A DNA stretch of 64,000 nucleotides from Armatimonadota bacterium (GTDB lineage: Bacteria; Armatimonadota; Fervidibacteria; Fervidibacterales; Thermosaccharophagaceae), in NCBI GenBank assembly GCA_025062195.1, contig JANXAS010000013.1:3501-67500 (forward strand). The letters run 5' to 3'. The notes under the pieces were generated by a model. It was given only the letters and a program-made list of their open reading frames with translations, was not told where the DNA came from and did not search any database. Numbering within the stretch: the stretch's first letter is position 1; each line of letters starts with the position of its first letter. This document shows positions 29,423 through 38,943 of the stretch, in pieces. A program made the translations under genes and the position numbers.

Positions 29423-30781
29423 TCAGATCTGCGAACGCTCCATAAGTTCATCAAGCTCATCGGGCAATATGCCAAGTTCGCTTGCCAAGTCAAGCACGGT
29501 ATACCTTGAGCGTATCGTGCGAGCCAGCATGACAGCCTCACGGAACTCACCCCGATTTATGCCCAACTCGTCAACTTTTGTTGGTGCGCCAGCTTCAAGC
29601 AACGCTTTGCGCAGCTCATCATGGCTTCGCAACACCTTGCAAAGCATTGACTTAGCATCCTCCCAAACTGAGATAGCGCATTCCACCCTGCGCAGGAACT
29701 CATCCTGCGATGCGGGATACTTCATTGCGAACTGCTCAAAGACGCGATTATAAACCTCGCCAAAGAAACGGCGCAGCCTCGTGATCCATTCATCAAGGGC
29801 TGTATAGCGCTGCGCTAACCCATAGGGGTTAAGCTTTCTCACATCAAGCTCAAACAGGCGCTCATAAAGCGCCACTGAGAATAGTGTTGCGACTCCAACC
29901 TGCGCGCCGTGAAGGTTCACCTTACGCCCGATGACACTCGCATGCATATCAAGGGCATGCGATATAAGGTGCTCACCGCCTGAAACAGGACTTGAACTGC
30001 CGGCTATGGTCATCGCTATCCCGGCGAGGCAAAGCGCTTCCATGAGCGCCCTGATAGCGGTTGGCTCACGACTTTTCAGTGCCGAGGCATTTTGCACGTA
30101 TAGCGGCTCCGCATGGGAGAGCAATTGAAGACAAAACTCGCATATGTGCTCCCCAAAAAAGATATGTGCAAGCATCCAATCGGCATTTGAGACTGGCTTT
30201 GAAATAGCATCGCCAAGCCCGGCAGCTATTAATTCATATGGCGCTTCACACAGCACCTTCAAATCTGCAAGAACAAAAACAGGCGGGTTGGCAGGCAATG
30301 TCATCTTCAACCCGCCGACGGTTAATGCAGCGATTGATGATGTGTAGCCGTTCATTGACGGCGCGGTAGCAACAACAGCATAGGGTTGGCTTGCCTTCGT
30401 GCTCACAAACTTAGCTATATCGTTAATTGTGCCTGAGCCGACAGCGAGCCAAAATTCGCCATGAGGGTTTGCAAGCGAAATCACTGCCTCACAAGTCTTT
30501 TCGTCCGCCCTCGGGTTATCAAGCACAATCTCATGGGGATGAATCCCGCTTGAGCGAAGTTCACTTGCAGCCTCTCTCCCACAAACTTCGTAAGTCGTGC
30601 TGTCAGCCAAAAGGTTACACTTGCCGGTCATGCCGTTGCGCTCGCACAGCTCGCTTAACAATCCAATTGCTTCATTCTCAACCACAACTTGCTTAGTAGG
30701 TATGAAATGCTCTCTTCCGCAGGCGCACTTGAAGCGTGCACCAAGCAACCCACACATTTTAAGCTCTGCATCACGCATCAT
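29423..30781 (-). CDS. sn-glycerol-1-phosphate dehydrogenase (AraM/EgsA family)
   Basis: CACGREH, AVGSGTINDIAK, TAPSMNGY, AAGLGD, SGGEHLISH and LHGAQVG. Confidence 0.9.
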   Translation of the reverse strand: MMRDAELKMCGLLGARFKCACGREHFIPTKQVVVENEAIGLLSELCERNGMTGKCNLLADSTTYEVCGREAASELRSSGIHPHEIVLDNPRADEKTCEAVISLANPHGEFWLAVGSGTINDIAKFVSTKASQPYAVVATAPSMNGYTSSIAALTVGGLKMTLPANPPVFVLADLKVLCEAPYELIAAGLGDAISKPVSNADWMLAHIFFGEHICEFCLQLLSHAEPLYVQNASALKSREPTAIRALMEALCLAGIAMTIAGSSSPVSGGEHLISHALDMHASVIGRKVNLHGAQVGVATLFSVALYERLFELDVRKLNPYGLAQRYTALDEWITRLRRFFGEVYNRVFEQFAMKYPASQDEFLRRVECAISVWEDAKSMLCKVLRSHDELRKALLEAGAPTKVDELGINRGEFREAVMLARTIRSRYTVLDLASELGILPDELDELMERSQI

Positions 30782-30898
30782 GCTGTGCCATCTCCGCACC
30801 TTTAAACATGCCTCTTCAACAGCTGCCCAAGGTGATATAATGCGTATCATTGAAGGTGAAGACCTTGCCTCAATTTCAAAGGGAAGGTAGCGGGCGCA

Positions 30899-31681
30899 AT
30901 GCATCCAGTTTTAATTCGCATTGGTTCGTTTGAGTTGCGCACATATGGTGTGGCGATCGCTCTTGGCTTATTAATAGGCTTAGCATGGTCAAGGCGCGAG
31001 TTCCAACAGCGCGATCTTCCGGTTGACTTCATTGGCATAGCAACCCTCGTTGTCGTCCCCACAGGGATTATTTGCGCGCGCATACTTTATGTTGCCCTCA
31101 ATTGGAATGAATATACAAACGCCCCATTGAATGCCCTCAATTTGCGTGCCGGCGGGTTATCGCTTTTTGGGGCACTCATTGGCGGCATAACAAGCCTTGC
31201 GCTGGTCTGCAAATTGCACGGCATCAACTTTTGGGAGGTAGGAGACGCCCTCTCACAGGGCTATATCTTGGCTTATGCGCTTGGGAGGGTTGGCTGCCTC
31301 TTCAATGGGTGTTGCATCGGCTATCCAACTGACCTGCCTTGGGCAATGCGCTTTCTAACCGAGGAAGGAACAATGACACCGCCATCTCACCCTGTGCCAT
31401 TGTATGAAATTGCAGGTGCGCTGCTTGTCTTCATCATTTTGAGGAAATTGCACAGGGTGAGAAGTTTCTCCGGTCAGGAGATGATTGTGACACTAATCCT
31501 GCACTTGCTCCTCAGATTCGCAAACGAGTTTTTCCGAAGGGGCATCTCAGCAAAGGTTATCGTCATCGGTTTGACACAGGCACAGCTTGCGTGCATTGTG
31601 GGAATTATAATTCTGGCATGGCTTTACTGGCACAGGAAGGTGAAGGGATGCGTGGCGATTACAGACACACGGTCATATTAA
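30899..31681 (+). CDS. lgt: Prolipoprotein diacylglyceryl transferase
   Basis: MHPVL, TYG, ARILYV, GGLSLFGALIGG, LGRVGC.FNGCC.G, HPVPLYE and RFANEFFR. Confidence 0.95.
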   Translation: MHPVLIRIGSFELRTYGVAIALGLLIGLAWSRREFQQRDLPVDFIGIATLVVVPTGIICARILYVALNWNEYTNAPLNALNLRAGGLSLFGALIGGITSLALVCKLHGINFWEVGDALSQGYILAYALGRVGCLFNGCCIGYPTDLPWAMRFLTEEGTMTPPSHPVPLYEIAGALLVFIILRKLHRVRSFSGQEMIVTLILHLLLRFANEFFRRGISAKVIVIGLTQAQLACIVGIIILAWLYWHRKVKGCVAITDTRSY

Positions 31682-31911
31682 GAAAGCGCTTGCAGGCGCG
31701 CGTTGAGCGCCACAGGTGGGAGCTTTTAAAGAGGGCATTACCATCGTTGCGTCGGTTGCCATCCGGAGCATGGAAGAGACACATACGAAGTCTCTTTCTG
31801 CAACCGCGCATTGACGCTTCCGATATATGGATTATCCTAAACTTGCAACGGCAGCGCGGCAAACAGAGAAGTTATTGAAATCCCATTGGTGCAATTGAAA
31901 GCATACATTGC

Positions 31912-32973
31912 TTATCGTGAAGACATCTCCTCTGCAAGCTCAACAAGCTTTAGGAAGTTTAAAGCAGCCCTCTCACCATAAGTCCCGGACGCTGTCCCGC
32001 TCAAGACGAAGCCATCCGGACCTGCAACCTCGATCAATTCCCTGCCGATGGAGAGAACAACTTCCGGCGGTTTGCTATTTAACACTTCCATATCGTCCAT
32101 ATTCCCAACAATGCACACTTTGCCACGAAGCAACCTTTTGGCCTCCGCCAAATTGCAATCGCCCCAAGGCGGAGACTCAAGCGGGTCAAGGGCATCAACA
32201 CCTATGTCAGCGATCATCCCAAGATAGCGCATGATCGGCCCATGGTTGTGATAATAGGCGATCGCACCGTATTCATGCATCAGAGCCACAAGGCGCTTAT
32301 CAAATTGGCGCACCAGAATATCAAACGCCTTGGGACCAAGTTGGACAGATGCATATTCGCCGCCGATTATCCTAAAGCCATCAACGCCAGCTTTGCAAGC
32401 TCTCTCAACAAACATCATCAAGCGCTCATTTGCCACGCTTACCAACTCAATCATGGCATCAGGCGCATCAGCCCAAAGTAGGCAAAAGTCTTGTGGAGAG
32501 AACCACTCTGCCGGAAAGCAAATAGCATTCGGCAACTCCCACAAAACTACACCCTCATCTCTAACCCTGTCCTTCCAATAGTTGAAGTTAGCAAGCGCTG
32601 CGTTGAACTCCTCATCGGATGGCGGCACATAGGTGATTGAGAGCAGCTTCTCCACATCGTCAGGTGACTTGCATGGGAACTCAATAGCTGCTCTCGTTAT
32701 TCCGGTTGACTTCACCAAGCGCTTAATATCGCCTTTCGGGGTGTGGTAGGTGATGGTTGTCAAGGCACCATCAGTCTCAACATCAAACTTCACTTCACTC
32801 CCAATGAAGCAATTGCAAGCACTGCCAGCGTAGATGATGATATCGGTGCGCTCAATGAGCAACCTCGCAAGCTCCCCATCCTTATCAAGCCTTCCGAGCC
32901 CCTGCGGCGATACAGGAATCCTGTCGGGCGAGCCACATGAAAAAGCACATAAGAGCCGTTCACGAGAGGTCAT
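31912..32973 (-). CDS. Uroporphyrinogen decarboxylase (URO-D/MtaA)-family protein
   Basis: MTSRERLL...PDRIPV, HNHG, DALDPLESPPWGD, GNMD and GFVLS. Confidence 0.8.
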   Translation of the reverse strand: MTSRERLLCAFSCGSPDRIPVSPQGLGRLDKDGELARLLIERTDIIIYAGSACNCFIGSEVKFDVETDGALTTITYHTPKGDIKRLVKSTGITRAAIEFPCKSPDDVEKLLSITYVPPSDEEFNAALANFNYWKDRVRDEGVVLWELPNAICFPAEWFSPQDFCLLWADAPDAMIELVSVANERLMMFVERACKAGVDGFRIIGGEYASVQLGPKAFDILVRQFDKRLVALMHEYGAIAYYHNHGPIMRYLGMIADIGVDALDPLESPPWGDCNLAEAKRLLRGKVCIVGNMDDMEVLNSKPPEVVLSIGRELIEVAGPDGFVLSGTASGTYGERAALNFLKLVELAEEMSSR

Positions 32974-33023
32974 TCCCACGATGACTCACCGAACCGCTCA
33001 GCATTTTCAACCTGAATAATAAC

Positions 33024-33524
33024 TCACCTTCGCTGCTCAAAGAAGCGCCGAAGCAAACCCGCACACTCCTCACACAACACGCCACCAACCACTGCAACGA
33101 TGCCATCAAAAGGGCTTAAGCCAAACAGATTTACAACCGACCCAGCCGCACCGGCTCTCTCATCGTATGCACCAAAGACTAGCCTTCCAAGCCTCGCTTG
33201 AATCATTGCACCAGCGCACATAGGGCATGGCTCAAGTGTGACATAAAGAGTTGCTCTATTAAGACGCCAATCACCGGTGGCTTTGGCAGCTGCTTCAATG
33301 GCGAGCATTTCTGCATGCGCCAACGGTGACCTTAGGCTTTCGCGCATATTGTGTGCCCTCGCTACCACCTTTCCGCCGCACACAACAATGGCACCGACAG
33401 GCACTTCGCCGCTCTCAAAGGCTTTCATTGCCTCTTCAATTGCGAGGCGCATGAACGCCACATCTTCGTTTGAGACGAATATGGGAGAACTTACAGCTTC
33501 ACCTGACCTTCGGGAAGGCATCAC
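33024..33524 (-). CDS. tadA: tRNA adenosine(34) deaminase
   Basis: GEVPVGA, AHAE, LYVTLEPCPMCAGA and LLRRFF. Confidence 0.95.
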   Translation of the reverse strand: MMPSRRSGEAVSSPIFVSNEDVAFMRLAIEEAMKAFESGEVPVGAIVVCGGKVVARAHNMRESLRSPLAHAEMLAIEAAAKATGDWRLNRATLYVTLEPCPMCAGAMIQARLGRLVFGAYDERAGAAGSVVNLFGLSPFDGIVAVVGGVLCEECAGLLRRFFEQRR

Positions 33525-33569
33525 AACTCACCAATGTGAGCTATCTTGGGGCTCTCCAAACATTTGGTG

Positions 33570-33642
33570 TGCCCCTGCCCGGACTCGAACCGGGATCTAC
33601 GGCTTAGGAGGCCGCCGCTCTGTCCTCTTGAGCTACAGGGGC
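33570..33642 (-). tRNA. tRNA-Arg(CCT); CCA not encoded
   Basis: GCCCCTGTAGCTCAAGAGGACAGAGCGGCGGC-CT-CCT-AA-GCCGT...GGTTCGAGTCC cloverleaf. Confidence 0.95.
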
Positions 33643-33671
33643 AGCAATCTATGGCTTTACCAATACGCCAG

Positions 33672-33745
33672 TGCGCCCGGCGCGACTCGAACGCGCGACC
33701 TCTGGCTCCGGAGGCCAGCGCTCTGTCCGGCTGAGCTACGGGCGC
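33672..33745 (-). tRNA. tRNA-Arg(CCG); CCA not encoded
   Basis: GCGCCCGTAGCTCAGCCGGACAGAGCG CTGGC-CT-CCG-GA-GCCAG...GTTCGAGTC cloverleaf. Confidence 0.95.
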
Positions 33746-33793
33746 ATTTCAATCCACGCCACCCACAATTCATTCGGAAGGCTAAAAACACTT

Positions 33794-33871
33794 TGGCGCG
33801 CCCGGAGGGATTCGAACCCCCGACCCCGGGATCCGTAGTCCCGTGCTCTATTCCAGCTGAGCTACGGGCGC
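33794..33871 (-). tRNA. tRNA-Arg(ACG)
   Basis: GCGCCCGTAGCTCAGCTGGAATAGAGCA CGGGA-CT-ACG-GA-TCCCG...GGTTCGAATCC...GCCA. Confidence 0.97.
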
Positions 33872-33894
33872 GCCCTTTCGCAACCCAAATTGTA

Positions 33895-33989
33895 TGGCGG
33901 AGGGACCGGGATTCGAACCCGGGAGGGAGGCTTCATAACCCCCCTACGGCTTAGCAGGCCGCCGCCTTAGCCACTCGGCGCATCCCTCC
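33895..33989 (-). tRNA. tRNA-Ser(GCT)
   Basis: GGAGGGA...GCGGC-CT-GCT-AA-GCCGT, long variable arm, GGTTCGAATCC, ends TCCCTCCGCCA. Confidence 0.95.
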
Positions 33990-34004
33990 ACAATGCCGCT
34001 TTTC

Positions 34005-34033
34005 ATTTTAACACTGTGCAGCTACATCGTAAA
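34005..34033 (-). promoter_or_regulatory. Putative sigma70 promoter of the tRNA-tadA operon
   Basis: -35 TTTACG, 17 bp spacer, extended -10 TGtTAAAAT, ending 15 bp before tRNA-Ser. Confidence 0.5.
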
Positions 34034-34061
34034 GCACGGCACAGATCAGGATGGATTATCC

Positions 34062-34856
34062 TCACTTGGTGCCCGGAATGAATTTTTCAAAATCCACTTT
34101 GGCATAATCCTTCGGAGGGGCAAAGAGGCTTTCTTTCAGAGGCTTGCTCTCCACCTTCGTAACGGTGCGAGTTATCCTCACAGGCTTGTATAACTCTTGC
34201 CTCATCGGCAATCCACTAACCCTCTCTGTAATGGCTTCATAGACTTGGCGCACCATTGCCGGCACAGGCGTCAATGCAAACGCCACATCCATAAGCTCCT
34301 TGATGTTCACCATGACTTTCAAAGCCTCGCAAAACCAAAACTCCGCAACTAAATCCCCATCACCGAGAGCCTGAAATCGTTTGCACATATACCCTGCAAT
34401 CTTATCCATACCAGCCTCCTTAACAACGACTGACTTAAACCTTTGATTCAGGAAAGCGAGCATGGCAAGCAACTGTATGAGCTTTTGCTTCTCCTCGGGT
34501 TTAGCCTCCTTCATTCGTTCCTCAAGCTTTCTAAGCTGTTCTTCAAGCGCCCTGCGCATGCCCTCAGCAATCTGGCGCAATCGTTCAAGCTTGACGATGG
34601 CATACTCACGGCGAGATTGTGAAATGACTGTGACCTCATCCCGTTTTGTGTCAGCAATTACGACCAAATCCCTGAACTCATACCGCAGCTTCTCACCGCT
34701 TATGTAAGTAACCTCGTATACCGGCTTTGCTTCTTTGCCGGGCTCAAAGCCACCAGAGATTGTTGCATGAACGACATAGCCTTTTGGTTGAGCGATCGCT
34801 TTTGCACACAAAATCGTGAGTGCCAACCATATCAAACATGGCTTCATCAGCCTCAC
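34062..34856 (-). CDS. Secreted DUF4412-like protein
   Basis: Signal peptide; YISGEKLRYE; KIAGYMCKRF; GLPMR; C-terminal SLFAPPKDYAKV. Confidence 0.7.
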   Translation of the reverse strand: MRLMKPCLIWLALTILCAKAIAQPKGYVVHATISGGFEPGKEAKPVYEVTYISGEKLRYEFRDLVVIADTKRDEVTVISQSRREYAIVKLERLRQIAEGMRRALEEQLRKLEERMKEAKPEEKQKLIQLLAMLAFLNQRFKSVVVKEAGMDKIAGYMCKRFQALGDGDLVAEFWFCEALKVMVNIKELMDVAFALTPVPAMVRQVYEAITERVSGLPMRQELYKPVRITRTVTKVESKPLKESLFAPPKDYAKVDFEKFIPGTK

Positions 34857-34872
34857 CCCTTCATCGCATGAG

Positions 34873-35763
34873 CTATTGTTTTAGCAAACCTCTAATGCAT
34901 AGGTAGTCATGAAGTGCCTCACGCCAATCCCTCAGCGGCTCAACACCAAAATCGTCCAAGCGAATGCTAACAAGGGGTGTGTATTTTGGGCGGCGCGCTG
35001 GGCGATCAAGCTCGTCCGATACGATCGGTATGACTTGGACATCCAAACCCATTAGACTCAATGCGCGGCTTCCAAACTCATGCCAGCTGCACTGTCCAGA
35101 GTTGACTACATGCACTATACCGTGAGCCTCGGCTTCAACGAGCTCGCATAGCTTTGAAGCCAAGTCTCTTGTGAATGTCGGACTCGTCACCATATCGGTG
35201 ACAAGGCGCAATGGCTCATTCTTAAGCGCTGCACCAATCACGAACTCAACAAAGTTTCCACCTTTGGATCGGCTTCCACGAATACCATATAGCCCAGCTG
35301 TGCGGACTATTAAATGCTCATCACAGTAATTGCGCACGAACATCTCGCCAAAGAATTTTGTGAGTCCGTAAACATTGATCGGGTTTGGCACATCGGCTTC
35401 AGTGTATGGCGAATTCTTCTCGCCATCAAACACATAGTCTGTGCTTATTTGCACCAACTTAACTTTGGCTTTTGAGCACAGCACCGCAATGTGCCACACT
35501 GCGAGCGCGTTGACTTTGATGGCGGCTTCCACATCAAGCTCACAAGCATCAACATTCACCATCGCCGCACAGTTTATGAACACGCTTGGGCGATGCTCCC
35601 TGATGGCTGCAGCTACCGCACCACAGTTCGTAATGTCAAGCTGAGAGCGAGAGAGCGCCACAACATCGTGCGAGCGCATAAGGAGTTCATCAACAAGGTC
35701 ACTTCCAAGCTGTCCGGAAGCCCCTGTAACAAGAACTTTCAATTTGCTCACGCCCTCCACCAT
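34873..35763 (-). CDS. rfbD: dTDP-4-dehydrorhamnose reductase
   Basis: VTGASGQLG, INCAA, ISTDYVFDG, YGLTK, SPT and ARRP. Confidence 0.95.
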   Translation of the reverse strand: MVEGVSKLKVLVTGASGQLGSDLVDELLMRSHDVVALSRSQLDITNCGAVAAAIREHRPSVFINCAAMVNVDACELDVEAAIKVNALAVWHIAVLCSKAKVKLVQISTDYVFDGEKNSPYTEADVPNPINVYGLTKFFGEMFVRNYCDEHLIVRTAGLYGIRGSRSKGGNFVEFVIGAALKNEPLRLVTDMVTSPTFTRDLASKLCELVEAEAHGIVHVVNSGQCSWHEFGSRALSLMGLDVQVIPIVSDELDRPARRPKYTPLVSIRLDDFGVEPLRDWREALHDYLCIRGLLKQ

Positions 35764-35852
35764 CCATCTCCTCAAAGGCGGTGAGGAAAGCAATTCCAAA
35801 CCCTGCTCGTAATCAAAGATTGCTTGGGTGTTTCAGGGAGCATCATTTGGGC

Positions 35853-37535
35853 TTATTCACCGGTCTGATTTTCCCTAAGCTTCCTGCGGAGCACTTTCCC
35901 TATTGCTGACTTGGGCAACTCGCTCACAAATTCCACAGCTCTTGGAACCTTATATGGCGATAGCCTCTCACGGCAGAACTCAATTATCTCAATTTCAGTT
36001 GCATCTTGCCCCTCACGAAGCACAACATATGCTTTGACTATCTCGCCGCGCACAGGGTGTTTCTCGCCCACCACCGCAGCCTCTTTAACTTTCTGGTGAC
36101 TGTAAAGCACTTCCTCAACTTCCCTCGGATAGACATTGAAGCCTTCAACTATGATCAGGTCCTTCTTTCGGTCAACGATGTAAAAGTAGCCATCCTCATC
36201 CATCTTTGCGATGTCGCCGGTGTATAGCCATCCATCACGCAATGTTTGCGCTGTCTCTTCCGGTCTATTCCAATAGCCCTTCATCACTTGCGGACCCCTT
36301 ATGATGAGTTCACCGACCTCTCCAACTGGAACGCAGTTTGCTCCGGTCTCCAAATCCACCACCCTGCACTCAGTATCCGGTATGGGCAAACCTATGCTGC
36401 CAATCTTCGCCTCTCCACCCCAAATTGGGTTGATGTGCGTAACCGGAGATGCCTCGGTCAAGCCATAACCCTCAACGAGCTTACCACCAGTAACACGCTC
36501 AAACTCAACCGCAATTTGCTTCGGCAAAGGCGCACCACCGCTAATGCATGCCTTAATTGAGGTGATGTCAATGTTGCTGCGCTGCGCATGATAGCTGACT
36601 GCACCATACATGCTTGGGACGCCCATGAAGACGGTGACACGATACCTTGAGATAAGTTTTGTTGTCTCGGCAACATCAAACCTTGGCGCCAAAACAAGCG
36701 TGGCACATTTAAGCACACCAAAGCTCAGACATGCAGTCATCCCATATGAGTGGAAGAAGGGCAGGACGCAGATGAAAGTTTCCTCGCCGTCTTTCAACTC
36801 CGTTGCCCAAGCACTGCACTGATGAGCGTTAACTACAAGATTGTAATGGGTTAGCATGGCGGCTTTCGGCAAGCCTGTTGTCCCACCAGTGTATTGGAAA
36901 ACAGCCGTATCATCGCGAGGGTTTATGTTGTGCGGGGCTGGTTTGCCCTGAACACGCAGCAGTTGCTCAAACTGATGAACGCTGACATCGCTCGGCAACT
37001 CAACCTTCCCCTTGGGGCGCGTCTTTAGCCACACGGGCAAACTCAACCACACTGGCACATAGCTTGCAAGCGATGAGGCAACCACATGCTTTATTGCTGT
37101 GCCATGCAGCGCTGCACTGACTTTATCCATGAGCGCATCCAGAGTGATGATCATCCTCGCGCCGCAATCCTTCATCAGCGCATTAAGTTCATACCAGCTC
37201 AAAAGCGGATTCAATGGCACAACGATGCACCCAGCCCTTACAACCCCATAGTATGCGATTACGAACTGCGGGCAATTCGGCAGCATAAGCGCAACCCTCT
37301 CACCGAAGCCGACACCAATGTTTTGAACGGCAAACGCAAACTTGGTCGCAAGCTCATCAAGCTCACCGTAACTCATGCGAGCACCGTATAGCAGCGTGGC
37401 AGCCTTATTTGGATAGCGCTTTGATGCCTCGCTCAAAATGCTATCAAGAGGCACCTCGGGATATTGGAGTGATGAAGGAACACCCTGCGGATAACGCCTA
37501 AGCCAAACCTTTTGGTCATACCATTCGCACCCCAT
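35853..37535 (-). CDS. Long-chain fatty acid-CoA ligase
   Basis: QYTGGTTGLPK, EGYGLTE, GPQVMKGYW, TGD, DRKKD and LPKSAIGK. Confidence 0.92.
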   Translation of the reverse strand: MGCEWYDQKVWLRRYPQGVPSSLQYPEVPLDSILSEASKRYPNKAATLLYGARMSYGELDELATKFAFAVQNIGVGFGERVALMLPNCPQFVIAYYGVVRAGCIVVPLNPLLSWYELNALMKDCGARMIITLDALMDKVSAALHGTAIKHVVASSLASYVPVWLSLPVWLKTRPKGKVELPSDVSVHQFEQLLRVQGKPAPHNINPRDDTAVFQYTGGTTGLPKAAMLTHYNLVVNAHQCSAWATELKDGEETFICVLPFFHSYGMTACLSFGVLKCATLVLAPRFDVAETTKLISRYRVTVFMGVPSMYGAVSYHAQRSNIDITSIKACISGGAPLPKQIAVEFERVTGGKLVEGYGLTEASPVTHINPIWGGEAKIGSIGLPIPDTECRVVDLETGANCVPVGEVGELIIRGPQVMKGYWNRPEETAQTLRDGWLYTGDIAKMDEDGYFYIVDRKKDLIIVEGFNVYPREVEEVLYSHQKVKEAAVVGEKHPVRGEIVKAYVVLREGQDATEIEIIEFCRERLSPYKVPRAVEFVSELPKSAIGKVLRRKLRENQTGE

Positions 37536-37542
37536 CGTCTTA

Positions 37543-38943
37543 TCACCTGCCAATCTCATACGATAATGCGAGCAACTCAGCTATGTGCATCACCTTCACA
37601 TTTAAACCATAGCACCTAACGCCATATTGCAGTTGCAGCTGGCAACCTATGTTTGCGGTCACTACAACATCAGCGCCGCTTTCCCTTATCCTTTCCAGTT
37701 TGCGCTCAAGCAGCCACATTGAATTCTCGCTGAAGAGCAAGCCATAAATTCCGGCGCCACCGCAGCAAATATCCGACTCCTCAAGCTCAACAAATTCAAT
37801 TGAGGGTATCGCCGCAATTAGCTTTCTTGGCTGCTCCCTTATACCTTGGGCATGAAGCAGATGGCATGGGTCATCGTAAGTGACACGCATGAGCAACGGT
37901 TTCATCGTTTCTGAGAAGGGCAGCTCGCAAACTAACTCGCTGAAGTCGCGCACGAGTGAAGAGAACTTGAAAGCGCGCTCGCTGAACAGTTCATCATCTC
38001 TGAGCCATTGCGAATATTCCTTCATTGCAGCGCCGCAGCCAGCTGCGTTTGTAACTATGGCATCAAGCCCGAGCTTTTCAAAAACCTCTATGTTGCGCCT
38101 TGCAAACCTCTTTGCATCCTCTTCAAATCCAACATGCATAGCGATTGCGCCACAGCAAGTTTGTCCATTCGGTATGACCACCTCACAGCCAAGGTGTGCA
38201 AGGACTTTGACGCTCGCTTCATTGACACTCTTTAGCAGCACATCTGAAGCGCAGCCCAAAAGGAATCCGACCCTCATCCTGCGCTTCCCTTTCGGTGGTA
38301 TAACGCTCCTTCCATCATAGAAAGCATTCCTTTGGCGCTCACGCGGCAACATGCCTTCAACTTGCAGCCATTTGCGCAACCTGTCAGTGAAGGCAATATT
38401 ATCTGCGAGCTGACTCGCCAATTTCACAAGCCCAATTTTCCTCACCATCTCCACGAACGAAACAAATGCATTGAATCGCCGCCTGTAAGGGAAAACCCAC
38501 TTTATGAGCATTCTGAGCAAGGGGCTGTGCCTTGTTACACCATATCCCATCCTCTCAAGCCTTGCCCTCACAAGCTCAATCAAAAAGCCATAACGCACAC
38601 CCGATGGACAAACAGCTTGACAAGCCCTGCATGCTAAGCACACATCAAAGTGCTTGAGCAGTGTTTCCGTCAGGTTTATCCTGCCCTCAAAAAGTGCCCG
38701 AAGAAGATGCAACCTTCCACGAGGGGAATCAGCTTCATCAAGCGTCTGTGCGAATGCTGGGCAAGACGCCAGACAAAAACCGCAGCGCACACAGTCAAGC
38801 AACAGCTCGTGCTCATCCTCGCTAAGGATTATGCCGGGACGCAACGCATCGGAATGACAACCACCACTTGCATAAACTGTCTTTCGGAAAGACAAGGCAT
38901 CAAATAGAGGCATCTTTGCCACCTGTCTCACAGCCCATTTCAC
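37543..38943 (-). CDS. glcF: Glycolate oxidase iron-sulfur subunit-like (Fe-S/CCG domain) protein
   Basis: CVRCGFCLASCP, SPRGR, CLACRACQAVCPSGV, QTCCG, NAAGCG, DPCHL and CCGGAG. Confidence 0.85.
   Translation of the reverse strand: MKWAVRQVAKMPLFDALSFRKTVYASGGCHSDALRPGIILSEDEHELLLDCVRCGFCLASCPAFAQTLDEADSPRGRLHLLRALFEGRINLTETLLKHFDVCLACRACQAVCPSGVRYGFLIELVRARLERMGYGVTRHSPLLRMLIKWVFPYRRRFNAFVSFVEMVRKIGLVKLASQLADNIAFTDRLRKWLQVEGMLPRERQRNAFYDGRSVIPPKGKRRMRVGFLLGCASDVLLKSVNEASVKVLAHLGCEVVIPNGQTCCGAIAMHVGFEEDAKRFARRNIEVFEKLGLDAIVTNAAGCGAAMKEYSQWLRDDELFSERAFKFSSLVRDFSELVCELPFSETMKPLLMRVTYDDPCHLLHAQGIREQPRKLIAAIPSIEFVELEESDICCGGAGIYGLLFSENSMWLLERKLERIRESGADVVVTANIGCQLQLQYGVRCYGLNVKVMHIAELLALSYEIGR

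Noticed and set aside
29423-30781. G1P dehydrogenase as evidence of archaeal-type lipids
   Set aside because: The protein is the bacterial AraM-like type and no GGGP synthase or related genes are nearby.
33277-33954. 225 aa + strand ORF
   Set aside because: Antisense shadow of tadA and the tRNA genes.
33570-33989. tRNA cluster as an integration site for a genomic island
   Set aside because: No integrase and no duplicated tRNA 3' end were seen in the window; the flanking genes are ordinary.
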